Assembly: GCF_002571385.2 (NCBI RefSeq)
Contig: NW_019217913.1
Coordinates: 52,035-116,034 of the forward strand
Source: Stylophora pistillata
Lineage: Eukaryota
Reading direction: 5' to 3'
Length of the DNA: 64,000 nt
Position numbers and translations under genes: made by a program. The notes beneath the pieces are model-generated. The model was given only the letters and a program-made list of their open reading frames with translations. It did not search any database and was not told the origin of the DNA. Below, piece by piece: positions 27,246 to 49,178 of this stretch; the first letter of the stretch is position 1, and every line of letters begins with the position of its first letter.

Positions 27246-30103
27246 TGGCTGCCTTCCAAGAGTGGAGAGCTTGATGTATAGAACTCAGTAGAGTCATTCT
27301 TGAAATTATATCTTTATACCACTTATACACTGAAAGTTCACATTCAGAGCCAGAGAGGTAGCATGATAGTTAATGGAGTATTTCTAACGTTTGTTAGCAG
27401 GACCATTTCGAATAACTCTAGCTCTGTGATTGGTTCAAAAATGGGACTTCAAAATCAATCGCTATTTGATCATTCGCGCTTTATATATGTCCAATTAATT
27501 AATTTCTAATTGGCTTGATTTGGTCTCGCGACTCAAATACGAACACCTTCGCGTAATAGTTTTGTAAAAGATTACACGACATTAACATGTGCGGTATCAG
27601 ATAAAGGAAAGCTTGTGAAATAATTCAAACCCATTTTCTGACAGAGATAATATACTTAAGAGGAATTTTGTAATGTGTCATCTATACTCGGATAATGTAC
27701 AAAGCGGGGGAGTAAGAGGCTACATTTACCATACAATACCATCAGATCCTTAAAAATGTAATTTTCACAGAGATGACTTGTTAAAGGGTAAAGTTAGAAA
27801 CTTAATATCATATCTTACACGAATACGATTGTAATTTTGTCAACGTAGTAAATTAAATGCTGATTAAAGCAGCTCTATTTTACGCCATTAAAAAATAAAA
27901 TTCGTATCGTTGTATTGAGGAATATTTTAGTTTAGCTTTGTGTAGGATGATTGAACAACTGGCTAGGTCAAAAACGAGTCGTCATCGACCCAACCAATTA
28001 GAATCAGTATATTCTATCAGCCTGAATTCTTCCCGTGCGGGGACTGCTGACGTAACACTTGCTCTTAGTCCTGAATGGCTTTTGAATTTGGTTTAGTTTC
28101 AATTCGAGTGCGTGAAAACAGCTCCATTTTCACTTCTACGTTTTTAACTCAATTGTAGTTGTAATATCACAAAACTTAAGTACTTTTCAGTATGGGTTCG
28201 TTATAATAGGTAGGTAGGTAAGTTTTTCTACAGTTTTGAATTTGTAAACAGTACTGGGAGATTGCGTGCTATTTTTATGCCGAGATACACAATAAACTCA
28301 TTTGGTGAAGCTTCTTAAGATGTCTTTAGTCTGTTGACCTTGTAGACTGTTTCTTGAACTTTCCAGATCGATTACATCTGGATCCTGCTTTGAATGGTGA
28401 CGTCATCGAAAGCGACTGATCCACCTCAACTGGGCTGATAAAATCCTTCCGTTCACTGTCTATTTTGTGCTTGTCTCTTCGTAGGTCCGTGCGGTTGGCT
28501 TTGTTTAACCCTTTAACCTCCAAGAATGACTAGCATCTAATTTCTCCTTACTATATCAGCCCTGAATCACACATCAAGGTCACGAGAATACTGGAAATGA
28601 TCACCAACTAAAGAAGCTCTTGATTGTTAAACAAATTCTCCTTGTCAGGTGCTGACAAAGAGAATTTGATTAACAATCAAGAGGAAATGTCTGCGAAACA
28701 GTATGGAGAATATGCATGCTGATGTTAGGGTGTGAACGGTTAACGTTGCGCGTCAGGCAATCTTCTTGCAAAGAGCTTTTAGTGTTTGTTCATTAGGTTC
28801 TAGGTATTTTTTTTTTTGTGCGTGTTTCAAGAGTGAGGTTCCCCGCTACCTGAACATCATCTCACCGTTTAAGTCAATTAACATTTTACACCCTGGGTTA
28901 CATGACCTGAGAAGCTTACATGGCAGTAAAATTGTTGAACGCTCAATTACAACAAAGGCGGTGTTGGCTCCGCCGCTCAAACCCCCTGAAGACAGCCAGC
29001 GAGGCTGGTTTGACTTTGACCCTAAAACCACTAACAGTGACTAACATCTCATCTCTCCTTACATGTATCAAGGTCTTGAGAACAATGGTAATGATCATCA
29101 ACCACATAAGCTCTCGATTGCTAAGTAAATTCTCCTTTTCAGCACCTTAGGGAATGTATAGAGAACAGTATGGAGAATATGCATACTGATGTCAGGGTGT
29201 AGAGGTTAAATGAAAATTTTGGCAGGGTAAATTATTTTTAATAATCACCGTGATATGAAAACTAACACCTTCATTCATTCAATATCAAAGTATAACTGTA
29301 TATAAATTATCAATATATTATTACATGGTTAAGATTTCAGCCAATGTCGATTGCTTGTCTACTCCCGATCAATTTTCTCCTCCTGCATAATATATCCCAA
29401 ATACTTTGTCACGTAAGTTTTTTCAAAGCAATAAAATTTTACAAAGCAAAATACTCAATAATGCGGGTACTTTTCATAATTATGTATCAGTTCACATTTA
29501 CCAGCACTTAACGAATCAATGTTCATCACATTTTTGACACAAAATAACTTAAACCTAGGTACTATTTCTGTATATATATTAATAGTGTTATGAAACATAG
29601 TATCACCCTAGACCTTGATCCCCATTAACAACACAATGCTCCCTGAAGTAACCTTCGTGGTTACTGAAACATAATAATTTTGTTTTGATTCGTAGTATCG
29701 CCGATCATTTCATGAGATAAATTAGAAGGTATCTCGAGTCTGTATATGGTGTTAAGAGACACAAGAAGCTACAAGACAAATGAAGAACAACAACTTTTGC
29801 CTTGACTAACAACTGATAGGTTAATGACCGTTAATAGAAGATCAACTGTGTGGTCAAGTAACAATATTTGAGTCCTTGCCAACTATATCACCGAGGCATT
29901 CCCTTAAATAGAATAAAACATCGAGATAATCAGCTTATAGGGAAGACAAACATCGAAAAGGAAAAGAGAATCCGAAAAGGAACGTCGACGTTCCAGTTCA
30001 AGGATAGCCGAGACTGACTCGGATTGTAACTAAAAAGCTTGGAAAATATACACGGAATTTCTCTAACCGTGACGTATCTCATTAAAAAAGGACTTGAATT
30101 CTC

Positions 30104-33100
30104 TCAACTCAGTTCAGCCATCATTGCGGTAAAATCTGATAAACTCTGATAATCAGGATCCGCTGGTACGCTATTCATATAATCTTCATCTTCACATAAC
30201 ACGTTCGAACCGGAAATCAACAGACTACAAGGGAGGCCGTCGGCGTGTTTGGAGTAGTGTTCAACTAAAGCTGTGAGGTCCGGTAAGACTTTGTCAAAAC
30301 CCTGTTGAAAAGAGAGCCATAATTTAGAAGTTCACCTACTGGGTGAAAAAAAATGTTCAAATTCTGGAGAACAGTAAAACTGGAAGGACTGTTTAGGTGC
30401 CGGTCAGTTTTATTTATCCCAACAGTGCCTCCCTATGGAGGGCCGGGGGGGGGGGAAGGAGGAAACCCTTGATGGACTGGCATTCTGTACCCTACTACTT
30501 GCTTCATGCTACAGCAACCACGACAACCTCGTTCTCATGCTCCTCGTTCTTCCTTTCTAAAGGGAAGACAAAGAAGGCACCTTGGAAAAGTTGACACCGA
30601 GATATACTCCATCTTTAGTCATGTAGCCCTTTTCCTGGTCATTTTAACGGTTCGTTAACTACAACAGACACTCTTTACCTGTATCATGACGCCATCTTTG
30701 ACTTTCACGATTAAAAAGTTTCCAAAACCACTAGGATTCGCCTCCTTTGGAACACGCATCGTCAACGCGAAACAGCCAGGTCTACTTTGACTGTCGCGCA
30801 CAAAGAATGAGCCTTCCTCTGAATTTTGTAACATCTCAACCACAAATTCCCTAGTCGAAGAAATCTTGACATTAATGATATAAACAATTATCATGACCAC
30901 TCACCATCACTTATTTTCCTAGTAAAAACTCTCCTTTCATTTCAAAGGTTATTGCAAGTTAAATCCCACCTGTCTTAGGCCCTCTTTAACTTTCTTTGCG
31001 GGGATACCGTAATGATTCGATTTGGTGCCCGGGACCCAGTTCTTCGAAGGCTGATTAGCGCTGACCCCAGGTTAAATTAAAATCCGGGTTTCTTTATTCC
31101 TTTGTTCCAAAACCTTTTCAAGACAATTTTCTCAATTCTTTTAGAGCATCCAATAATCAAATTCTAGACAAATTTAATTCCATTCGGGTAACAAAAAAAT
31201 AGTCATCTAATCGACTTTGGGCAAGAAGATGTCCCTGCCAAGCAAGAAACGTTTCCTTGTTCGCGAAAACGCTCATTCATGAAAACGCTTGTTCACGAAA
31301 ACGTTTGTTCACGAAAGCACTTGCTTACGAAAACGCTATTTCGCGAACGCCTCGCACAGGTTTCACGTCAATCCAATACCAAAGACACATTTTCATATTC
31401 AATTTGAACTTTTTTCTAACCCTGATTGCTGAAGTAATTACTGTAATTCGTTCGATACAAACACCAACCTTGGTATCCCAGGCATGTACCAATTTTCATC
31501 TTCGTGGCTAGTACTCTTGGACGCAGAATCAAATTTATTGCCTGTCGACAGTTCGCGATCCGCTGCTGAAAAACTCGGGTCTGATGCAACCTTGGCAAGT
31601 GGCAACATCGAAACATTCTGCTTGGATGACACGCCGTTCGAAATTGCGTCGCTCCGCGATGGCGGCGGAGTAAATGAACGTTCGCTGGTAATCACAGGGG
31701 CTGTAGCATGTTCTTCGTTTGGTGGCGTGTAAATTTTGTTTCCCTGAACTGGAGCACTGATTTTCCTTTGTGCCACAGGGCTTTCATTGATTTTCCTCTG
31801 TGCCACAGGGCTTCCATCAGCGACTGCATCGGAAGGGCTTGCCTTTCTTTCGTGTTGCCCAGATACCTCATTACCCTGCGGAATATTTGACTTGCGGACT
31901 TCAGGTGGGGTACGAGCTTTGCCAAGAGACCTACGTCTTCCCATCCTTGGTGATGGTTTAGAAGGAGTCGGTGAGGCTTGCTCCTCCGCTTTTGCTTCTT
32001 TCTTGGGCGTGGCTTGTTCCCTTGGAGAAGAATTAGGCGAGCTACTTCTGTTTGCTGCTTTTTCTTGCTCCTTTTTTAACCTTGCAAGCATTGCATGCTG
32101 AGAATTCTCATGACCCTGTTGGGCCTCAAGCTTGGCCTGAAAAATAAAACAGCTATTGAATCACCAACAATCAAAGTCAAACCCACAGCAATGGACACCG
32201 TGTAGAGGTGGTCCCCTCATTAACTCTTTAACTGCCAATATCTGACTGTTATTTCTCCCCTTTAGCTGTAGTGTCGACCTCAAACGGAGTACTAGTGTAA
32301 AAAACTTTATGAGTTCCCTTTTTAAAATAATTATAAATAATCATATTCTTATGCAATTATTCATGTAAATTTTAAAATCTGTATATAACCACATTTTAAA
32401 ATCTTCTTTTGTGATGTACAAAGGCTTATATACTATTTTAATTACTATTAATATTGTTACAACTACTGCTATTACTTTGTTTTTTTTTTACGGCCATTAG
32501 GTTATCAGTTTTATTACTGTCAAATGTTACCCGCTCNNNNNNNNNNNNNNNNNNNNNNNNNNNNNNNNNNNNNNNNNNNNNNNNNNNNNNNNNNNNNNNN
32601 NNNNNNNNNNNNNNNNNNNNNNNNNNNNNNNNNNNNNNNNNNNNNNNNNNNNNNNNNNNNNNNNNNNNNNNNNNNNNNNNNNNNNAAATTAGTGAGGAGA
32701 ATCTGGTGATAAATCAAGATAACAAATTCTACCTGATAGGTAAGAGTATTCTCGCTACCCATTTACTGGATAATGTATGGATATTATAGGGAGAAGTTAC
32801 ATGTTAATCTCTTCTGGGGGTTAGAGGGTTAACCACACACTGAGTCATGGTCCTGCCTTCCTTAACCCTTTCACACCCACCAGTGACCAAGACAGAATTT
32901 CTCCTTAGAACATCATTACCTTATCAAGCAAGCAAGTGATGAGAATAAAGAAAAATATCAATTGGGGGATTATTAGTTGATCCAATATCAAATTCTCCAA
33001 AATAACATCATAAGAATTGTATAACAGACATTTAGGAGAATTTCATTGATGAGATCTTGGAAGTGAAAGGGCTGAAAACCTTTCACATCAGGATTTGCCC

Positions 33101-36100
33101 TTGCATTCTGTGACATGTGAGAACAAACCAACTTTAATCAAATGTAAAGTTTGATGGGAAAAAGCTAGAAAGTTTGTACCCACCCACTTTCTTCCCTGAG
33201 GCATTATGCTATCCGGCCCCTTCTTCATTGGTTCCATCTTAAGTTCTGTTCCCTGTGGAAACTTTGATTCAGAAAAAGCTACTTGAAATGCTTTGCCCAC
33301 CAAAGCTGTGAGACTCTGTACCTATGGAAAAAATATAGGAATATGGAAAAAGAGGAGTTAAAAACAAGTTGGAATTGAATAAATAAATCTTCTTACCTCA
33401 TCCATTCAGCACTCTGCCATTGCTACCCATCTGTGAAAAATGCAGAGTGGTAAAATTGTCGAGTAAATTTAATTTTCAACCAAAGTAATTTTCACTCACC
33501 TGTCTTGTATACTTCGTCATAAAAACATGGCAGTATATTGCTGTCCCCATGGGGGAGGGGTCATGAGACATGTAAGCAAAGAGTCTAAATTCTGGATCAC
33601 ATGTTGCAAATGAGATTCTCTGTAATGGATGGGCCATTCTGACACACTAACAAACAAAAAAACAATCACTCAAAGTATCACCATCTTGAATTAAAAAATA
33701 TGGTAAAAGAACTTAGGAAAACACTGTGGTCTAGATGGCTAGCTCTGGTATTTGGATTGAAAGTTTTGGGTTTGAACTCTGGGGAGAGTGATTGTTCTTG
33801 ATCCTGGGCAATACACTTCACCCTTGACATTTCCTCTCAACAATGGGGAGTCAAAAGAGGTACCAGGGAACAGTCAAGGACTTACAACCAATACCCACGT
33901 AATACCAATTGCCTGTTAAAACAAAGAAAAATATAACAAGGAGGAAATGTGAAGTCAAGAAAAGCCTAGAGAAACTGTCAGATACCAGTATATAGGTAAA
34001 TGGCAGTGATCAAATTGCACCTGTTTTTAGTTTTGAAACTGATTGGTTGGGACGATGGCACAAGCTTTCTTGATCCATTAAAGCATAGTAAAACAAAAAC
34101 TAGACAGAATGAAATTGCTGTAAATCAAAAGTATGCAAGTCAATCTTACAAGTACATGTAAGGCCCGAGGAAAAGATATGTTGATAGGATGGATTTTCAG
34201 TTTTTTGATGAGAAATTTAATTTCAATCAAACCACAAAACACCTTTAAATCATGATCCTAAAATACAGTGACCATTGGCAAGTAAAGTACTTTAACTACC
34301 TTGTCATTGGGAGAAACAACTTTGATTCCATCAGTAGAAGTCAGAATAGCCACTGCTACACCTTTCTGAGCATTCTGGAGAAACAAACATTTGACATCAT
34401 GTACAGTACTATAAACTAAATGTTATCAATCAAGAAGTGCAAAGCTATGAAATGTATGATAAAATTTGATATAAAAAAAGGTGAAGCACCCACTCTCAAT
34501 TTTGCCCTTGTTAAGCTACAAAATAGGGAGCTTTAGCAATGACAACGACTACGGCAACGAAAACGACGTGTCGAAATCTAACTTTTCGTTTTTGTAACTT
34601 TTTGAGGTTATTCCAATGTGTTTCACTTGGAAAATGCTGGCGAACTATTAAGGGACTATATCACTACGAACGGCGTTAAAGGAGAAAGAAAGAAAAATTA
34701 ACCGTCATGCGCTCATGTTCTCGAGAAAACCTAAAGTTTGGTCATTTCACGTTGTTGTTTTGCCGAGAACGGCAAAGAAACGTACCAAAATGTTAAACGC
34801 ACGTGCAGGGCAATTGTTTCTGCTCATTAAGCCTACTGTTTTCTGCCGTTCTCTTTGCAGTTGCCGTCGTCGTTGCTAAAGCTCCCTAATACTTAAGCCA
34901 GACCAGTTGATAGAACTGCAGTCACAATTTTACGTTTTGTTAGCAAGAGGAGGAGAATAGCTTTGAAGAAGAGTAGATTCATTGATTTGGAAATAATTAA
35001 TCAGGATCACAGGTCAACTAATGATTTCAGCCCAAATTTTATGTTCTATCTGTTTTGATGTTCCAATATTTTTTTGTGAATTGTAATTTAGTGAGCCTTG
35101 GTCAGAAATAAAAGGATGTGTTATTTCCACTCAGTTTTGCAGTTTTCAACATCCAGAGAAATTCCCTGTGGACAAATAGACTCTGAGACTGAAGATTACC
35201 TCCTAATAATAGGCTAATGGGGATGTTGTGCCATTGGATGGGTTGCATTTTCATGACTACATTGACTTTAATGGAGTTGCATTTTCAATACAGTTACAAG
35301 AATGGGGTTGCAAGATTTGGAATTTCAGGGATAAGAAAATTCGGGTAGGTAGAGATTTGTGGTTAAAAAGTTGTAACGGCATTTCGTGCTGTTATTTTAA
35401 TATCTAACAATCTGCTTGCATTACAGAATGACCTTCTTAAAGGGCTTTACAAGGTAGATGCATGAAAAGAAAATGATTGAGCTGGGATTGTAAAAATTGC
35501 ATTTGCCCAAAGTGACTACAGATGGGGTCTATTATTGGCTGTACAGTATGCACTATAATAATGTACAGGTTCTCAGAAACCAGCAGCACATACCCTGCAA
35601 AGATTTACCCAAGTGCTCCACAAGCATTAACTGCCTGGTAATTCAGTTTGTGATGGGTTATAGGGCTTAAAAACTACCCTATCCAAAACCAATGCAACTA
35701 AACCAAACAGAAAAGCTCAGTGTAAAATCTAAATACACTAGTAGTAAAGCAGAGAAACTATCTGTACATTTAAATGCAGCAACCCCATATCACAAAAAGT
35801 CTTTAGTCAAATGACCCCAGATCTGATGAGAGTTGTTTCATTCTCTAAAACTGTAGAAAAGGCATAGTAAGAACATGAACTTGTTTGTTGCCTAAAAAGG
35901 ATCCTATAATCCCTCAATTCTGACAACCTAGACTATGATATACTTAACAAATAGATTTCATGTTGCCATGTCTTTTCTGTAAAAGATCACAGATGACATC
36001 AAAATGCATGATGTGTGATGCAAGTTACATAAAACCTACGCGGTATTCTTTTAGCTTCTTTTTCACAAATCTTGTTCTTTCTTTGTGTGTTGATAGTGTA

Positions 36101-37375
36101 TTTGTTCCCTCTCCTCCAGTACCCAGACTCACAGCAAATGTTCCAACATACTAAATAAATCAATCATTAAAACAAACAAAACAATGAAAATGCCATCACT
36201 TACAGACCATATTTCCTTAAAAATTGCCCTTCAGTATCATTGAGAGGAAATATTTTGTATGGATTATCATGCAAGGAAATATTTCCAGATGAAATAAATG
36301 TAAATCCACTCTGCATGGTAGAGTAGAACTTGACGATATCCTGAGCGTGCAATGCAGCGATTTAGCATGCAAAAAAAGCTCAACTGGCATTTAAAATTTA
36401 AATTTTTTGGTGTGTATGCATGAGTGTTTTTTTTTTTTCCAGTACGTACATTTGCATCTTGAAAAAAAAGAAAAAAAAAAACACAGACACAAAAAACTCC
36501 CAAAAAAAGCGTTTTTGATGCCTGCAGAACAGCTAGTAAGTAAGAGCTTTCCGACATAACAAAAGTATTCCGGAAAGTTTCCAAAGGGCAAATTAACACC
36601 TCCTCCAAATGATAGCCAATAAAATATTGCTCCTAGTGAATAATTTTACGCACGATGAAATACTCAATTACGACTCTTGGGAAAAATCGTAAATGAATAT
36701 CGCTTATAGCACATCTTAAGAGGGTCTGCAGACTTGAACAAAAACGTTGTTTACCTTCTTAATAACGATTCTTTTGTAAGTTCATGTTTTGATTCTTGTT
36801 TTTCAAAGTTTTGTTTTCACATCTGCACTAATATCGTCAAAAAACAGCACGTGACTTCGAAAGCTAGTTTTATAACGTTACGGTTCATCTAGTTCAACAA
36901 AAAGGTGTTAAAAATTCAGAAGCGAACTTAAGACCGAAAGTAAATCTCTAGGAATATATATATTTTTTAAGTAGTACTAAGTTTCAAGATAAAACTTTGG
37001 CACGAGCTATGCCCAATAAATATTTTTGTGCGTGAGCGGACTTGTTTCAAACACATTACCAAATTTCTTGCTGATCGTTCTCGAAAATGGGTTGACGTTC
37101 TTTAGCAAAAAGTATCACACTACTCAATTAAGTACCTGACAAAGTTGCTTGGGTCCCAGTAATTTGGGTTGATTTTCTGCCGGAGTCAAATCAACAAACC
37201 CCTGAGAATCGAAGCCGTCCACTTGATCGCCATCTGTTACTTCACTATTACTTCTATTTTCGACGACGACATTAAATGACGAATCATTGTCGATATTTGA
37301 TGAACGATGGTTCTGTAGGTTGTTGTCAACAGTCTGCGCTTCTTCTTCCGATTTCTTCTTTTGCTTTTTGAACAT
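30104..37375 (-). CDS. SH2D5-like adaptor: N-terminal PTB domain, low-complexity linker, C-terminal SH2 domain
   Basis: Exons(-): 37375-37136, 36150-36040, 34374-34300, 33646-33500, 33321-33184, 32136-31469, 30850-30679, 30301-30104. PTB: QYVGTFAV...MAHPLQRISFATCDPEFRLFAYMSHDP...YCHVF...VQSLTALVGKAFQVAF. SH2: WYMPGIPR...GSFFVRDSQSRPGCFALTMR...LVEHYS...LPCSL. Tail DPDYQSLSDF. Confidence 0.88.
31257..31351. repeat. Degenerate ~16-bp tandem array (TTGTTCACGAAAACGC-like, about 6 units)
   Basis: Directly visible in an intron of the adaptor gene. Confidence 0.7.
34524..34888. mobile_element. MITE with TAGGGAGCTTTAGCAA terminal inverted repeats
   Basis: TAGGGAGCTTTAGCAATGACAACGAC...GCCGTCGTCGTTGCTAAAGCTCCCTA. 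Confidence 0.85.
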
Positions 37376-39005
37376 TTCCGCCCAAAATATCACAACAGAA
37401 CCTTCCGCAGGTAACACAACTCAGCGAAGAATAAAATCGACTAGGTCAAGCGGTCAGCAGTTTTAAAGTTATTAAACCGGAAATGACACGAGTCACCAAC
37501 TCCGGAAGTGGTAGGTAATCTTTGAAGAAAGATTGCCTTTGCTATCCTAGTCCTCGTTAGTACAGTATATTAGATAAATGGGCTTCTTCGTCTCCTTTTG
37601 AAAATTGAACCTGGCAAAGCTTTGGAAAAATTTATACATCAGTAATTACCCTGCCGTAAAGTCAGTTTTTTAAACACTGCTGCGCTGGTCATGCCTTAGT
37701 CTCGGTTGAAGGGGGAAGTCAGAAGTCAAATGAATTTTTTGCTACTTTCGTCACTCGCAAAATTTTTCTTGAAATTTCTGAGGAATTTCAATAAAAATTT
37801 TGGGTGAAACATATATTACCTTAATCAAGGATCGAAGTGGGATTTGCAGGTTATCCATATGGTGAGTTCTCTATACATAATTTTTTGGCCTCAGTGGAGT
37901 TCTTTAAAGAAAATCAACAAAAAGCTCTTCTTAAGCCCATGTACATGCAAGGTCCAAGTCAGGCTTTCTTGACTTAATACGGTGTTTCCCGCTTTTTCGC
38001 TTTTACAAGCTTTTACTAATCTTTTAGTAGAAATCACGAGAAGATCACATTTTTCCAGTGTATGTGTCCACTGTCAGAGCGTTAACCCTTCTTATAATAA
38101 CTTCTTGTGGTACCCAAAGCGTTTGTAAATAACTGAACCCACCTCTTCCGGTCGTACTTCATTCAAGTTATCTATTTGTCTACGACAAAGAAAAGAACCT
38201 GACATGGAGTATTTGAGAACGACAACGAGTGCATGGACGACGGGGGGCGGGGCATTGGAGACTCTTAGAACCCGCAAAACCGTAGAAAAAATCGCGCAAA
38301 GCCGTAAAACCGCAAACAAAATTCGATCAAAACCGAAAACCGCATGAAAAACGATCCACACCAATACATTTTCACTTCCCAATAGCCCTTATAACCTTAT
38401 CGCATTTGTGTCTGCAATGCAAAGGGTCCGTGGAGTTACAGTTTCAGGACGAGGCTATCTGGTCAACGTTTTTCGAGAAACACCAGAAACACTCCATGTC
38501 TGACCATAACTTTGGAATCTGTGTTTTTTTCTGCCGAGGAAAAGGTTGAAATCCTTAGCGGTAATTGTTCTGGCATCACGAAAGAAAGATTGAAAGAATG
38601 GCTGTCATTTCGGAAAGGAACGGCAAAATTTTGTCGCGTTTGTTCACGACTACCGTTGTTGTTCCTTTGTCGGCCTTTTTGAGGTTTTTAACTCAGAGTC
38701 ACGTTTCAAGGCACTCAGCACCTTGCTTTCGGCCGGAAGCAAATTATCTCAGTTGGCTTTGTAATTTCTATTACTGAAAGGTCACTTTTAACCTCTTCTA
38801 AATAGCTTTCAAGGGATACTGATTTTTGTATTGGTGGTATCCATGTAGATTTGACGTGGCAGGGATGGGTTTTTTGACCTCCCCTCGGTATATGTAAATC
38901 AGACGCATTCTCCTTGCGAACTGATCAAAGTCACACAATAGTTGTTGTCTGATCAAAATGCCTCCAAACGTAGCCGTTTGCTTCGATTTTACTTGAAAGT
39001 TTTAT

Positions 39006-39540
39006 CACAGGCGGCCTAAGCTCTCTTTGAGAACCACACAAGGAACGCAATTTGCATATTTATAAGGATTTGTACGGGATTTTCTACAAGATATCCACAG
39101 AGATAGTTAAAAGTGAAAATATTAAATGAAAATGGCTTACCTTGTTCCATACGTGTCTTGTTTGCTCCTGGTGTCGTTATTTTACTGATTTCACTTGATT
39201 TAAGCGGTTTTTTTTTTATCCTGGTTTTCTACCACATAACGAGAAGGCTTCTCTTTATGTGGTAGAAAAGACTTCTCTTTTTATGTGGTAGAGAAGACTT
39301 CTCTTTATGTGGTAGAAAACCAGGATTAAAAAAAAACCGCTTAAATCAAGTGAAATCGGTAAAATAACGACAGCAGGAGCAAACAACACACGTATGGAAT
39401 AAGGTAAGCCATTTTTATTTAATATTTTCACTTTTTAATATCTCTATGGAGATCTTGTAGAAAATCCCACTGACAAATCCTTATAAATATGCAAATTGTG
39501 TTCTTTGTGCGGTTCTCAAAGAGAGCTTGGGCTGCTTGTG
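39006..39540. repeat. Long fold-back palindrome (~235-bp arms) with a tandemly repeated spacer
   Basis: 39006-39239 is the near-perfect reverse complement of ~39305-39540. The centre has three CTTCTCTTTATGTGGTAGA-type units. Confidence 0.92.
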
Positions 39541-40558
39541 GTTTTACCTGTGTGACCCGTAGCCTCGTTTCGAAACTTCAAAGTCCGCTGAGCTCTCGTA
39601 CAGTGGGCGTAAATGCGATAAGGGCTATTATCAAAACCCTAATCAATCCGATACAGTGGTGACAAGTGGAGCACATAGAGAAACCGGAACCCAAATAGGA
39701 AATACCGAAACGGCACTTTGGATACCAAATCTAGAAACCCATCAGTATTTTGACAAAAACCGAAACCCAAATGTTAAAAAAACGGAAAATCTGCAAACGG
39801 CAATGAACACCAAAACCGGAAAACCAAAGTTTTTTGGTACAAAAATCGAAAAAGCGATCTAAAAATAGCCAAAACCGTAAAACAAAAAAAACCAATGCCA
39901 CCTTCATGGACTGATAAAAACTCTGAACAAAATAGAAGCGAAGTTCACAGGATAACAATCTCATCATTTTCGTTAGGAGTGTTCGTCAAGGCTTTCGTCT
40001 AGACATCGAATAACTATCATTTTACGACTGCAGAGCTACAGTTACAGTAACTGCCACGGGGGCGATTTGACTCAGACGTCATTTATTGCCTATTGTATTA
40101 AACTTCAATCGATTGAAAGCTAAGATTTATTAGTTTATTGCAAAAAGGGAAAGGCGCTCAGGTCAGAAGTTATGTGTAGCGTCTCAACACGTACACCTTA
40201 AATGAAATGAAAGGTAACCTCCCCCCCTCTATGTTGCATAATCAGCAATTCACGCCTCCATTTACGTTTTATCAAAATAGAATCGTTGCTAATTAGTGTA
40301 CATTGTAGTGTGACCGTAATATATGCAAAATGCTAGCAGGTATAAAACACGTGAATTTTGGCTCTACATTTTTATTACTTGGATTAGTGTGCGTGAATAA
40401 AGAACTTTGTTTTTACAGAACCGAGTAGTTAGCACTCTACCTAGTTCAAACTTGCTCTCCCTTACCCTTGCCTTTCTCTTGACATTGAAGACGGTGCTGT
40501 AGTCCCAGTCCCCCAGTGAAGACGTGCAGGTACGCACACTTAACTTATGCAATCCAAA

Positions 40559-47965
<7,407 letters not shown>

Positions 47966-48940
47966 GACAGAAATTTCTCCTTTTCTACTACACACTGGAT
48001 CAGTTTCAAACTTAAAATTCAGTTGTACAGAAAATGTTTGTTTTGTTAATGCATAAAAAGAAACAGTAGTCTGTAAAGGAATACTAATATTTTGAATTTG
48101 GCTTGCATTTAAGCTCTCCACTTCTACCACTTGCTTGAAATTTTATGGGTAACATCAATGTTGTGTAACAATAAGAGGAATTAGCTATTAACAAACCCGC
48201 TTTACTTTCCTTGTTTTAGAATTTTTTCTGGGATCGTCTGTTCTCCATGTTACAATATAATGATTATTTCTTTAACACAACTTATTTTTTCTAACATGAA
48301 AGAACTTTTGGTAATTTATTTAAAGTGGAATTAGTTTTAATTGTACAGGATACAATGGTGATAAAAAATGCTTTCATAAATTACAGGAAGGTTTTGTTTG
48401 GTACTGTCTTGTTTATAACCAGCAGTTAATTTTAAAATACATCAGGAGTTACTGCTGTTACACACAAGAATGCTCTAAAGAAGGATTCATGTCTATTTGG
48501 TAAAGACTAAATAATCATCAAAGTAAATTTGTTGTGAGAACTTCCTTGCACTTGCATTACTATGCCATACACGAGTCTTGTAAAAACATAATAAGTTATG
48601 AAGTTGAATCTTGATCACTGAAAAGAAACTTCTTGGCAAATCAAGGTGGTTCGAGTCAACAGTATAGGGAATTCAATTTCCAAAAAGTAAGATGAAAAAA
48701 ATAATAAAATTGACCCTTGGGCAAAAGGCATCCCTTCAATTTAGTTAAAGTATTAGCTGGTAAATGTTCAAGTTGGTGGCAGTCAACAGCAAAATATTTT
48801 AACATGAAGTTCCCTAGCAAATTTGATGCTTCAAATACATTTCAACTCTTGACAACCACATATCAACCTACCAGTAGTTATCAATTAGACATAAACTCCA
48901 CTTAAGTCCATCTAAAGTGGAAAACAAGACTATCCAGGCT

Positions 48941-49178
48941 CTTGCAACAAATCTCAAATAGTAAATTATCACAGAAATTCTCAGCCTCGCGACAATGGAC
49001 AGCTTAAGTTATACTAGGTTGAACTTAGTCTAACAGAACAATGTCCACACAAGGGATTTTGCAACAACTCTCAAATTGTAAATTATCACAGAAATTCTCA
49101 GCCTCGCAACAATGGACAGCTTAAGTTATACTAGGTTGAACTTAGTCTAACAGAACAATGTCCACACAAGGGATTTTG
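48941..49178. repeat. Tandem duplication, period ~118 bp, two copies
   Basis: GTAAATTATCACAGAAATTCTCAGCC...CACAAGGGATTTTG is repeated. Confidence 0.9.

Noticed and set aside
31257-31351. Regular short repeats as a CRISPR-like array
   Set aside because: Units are contiguous with no unique spacers, the context is a eukaryotic intron, and there are no cas genes.
31484-32101. Plus-strand ORFs overlapping the adaptor's large exon
   Set aside because: Antisense shadows of a low-complexity coding exon.
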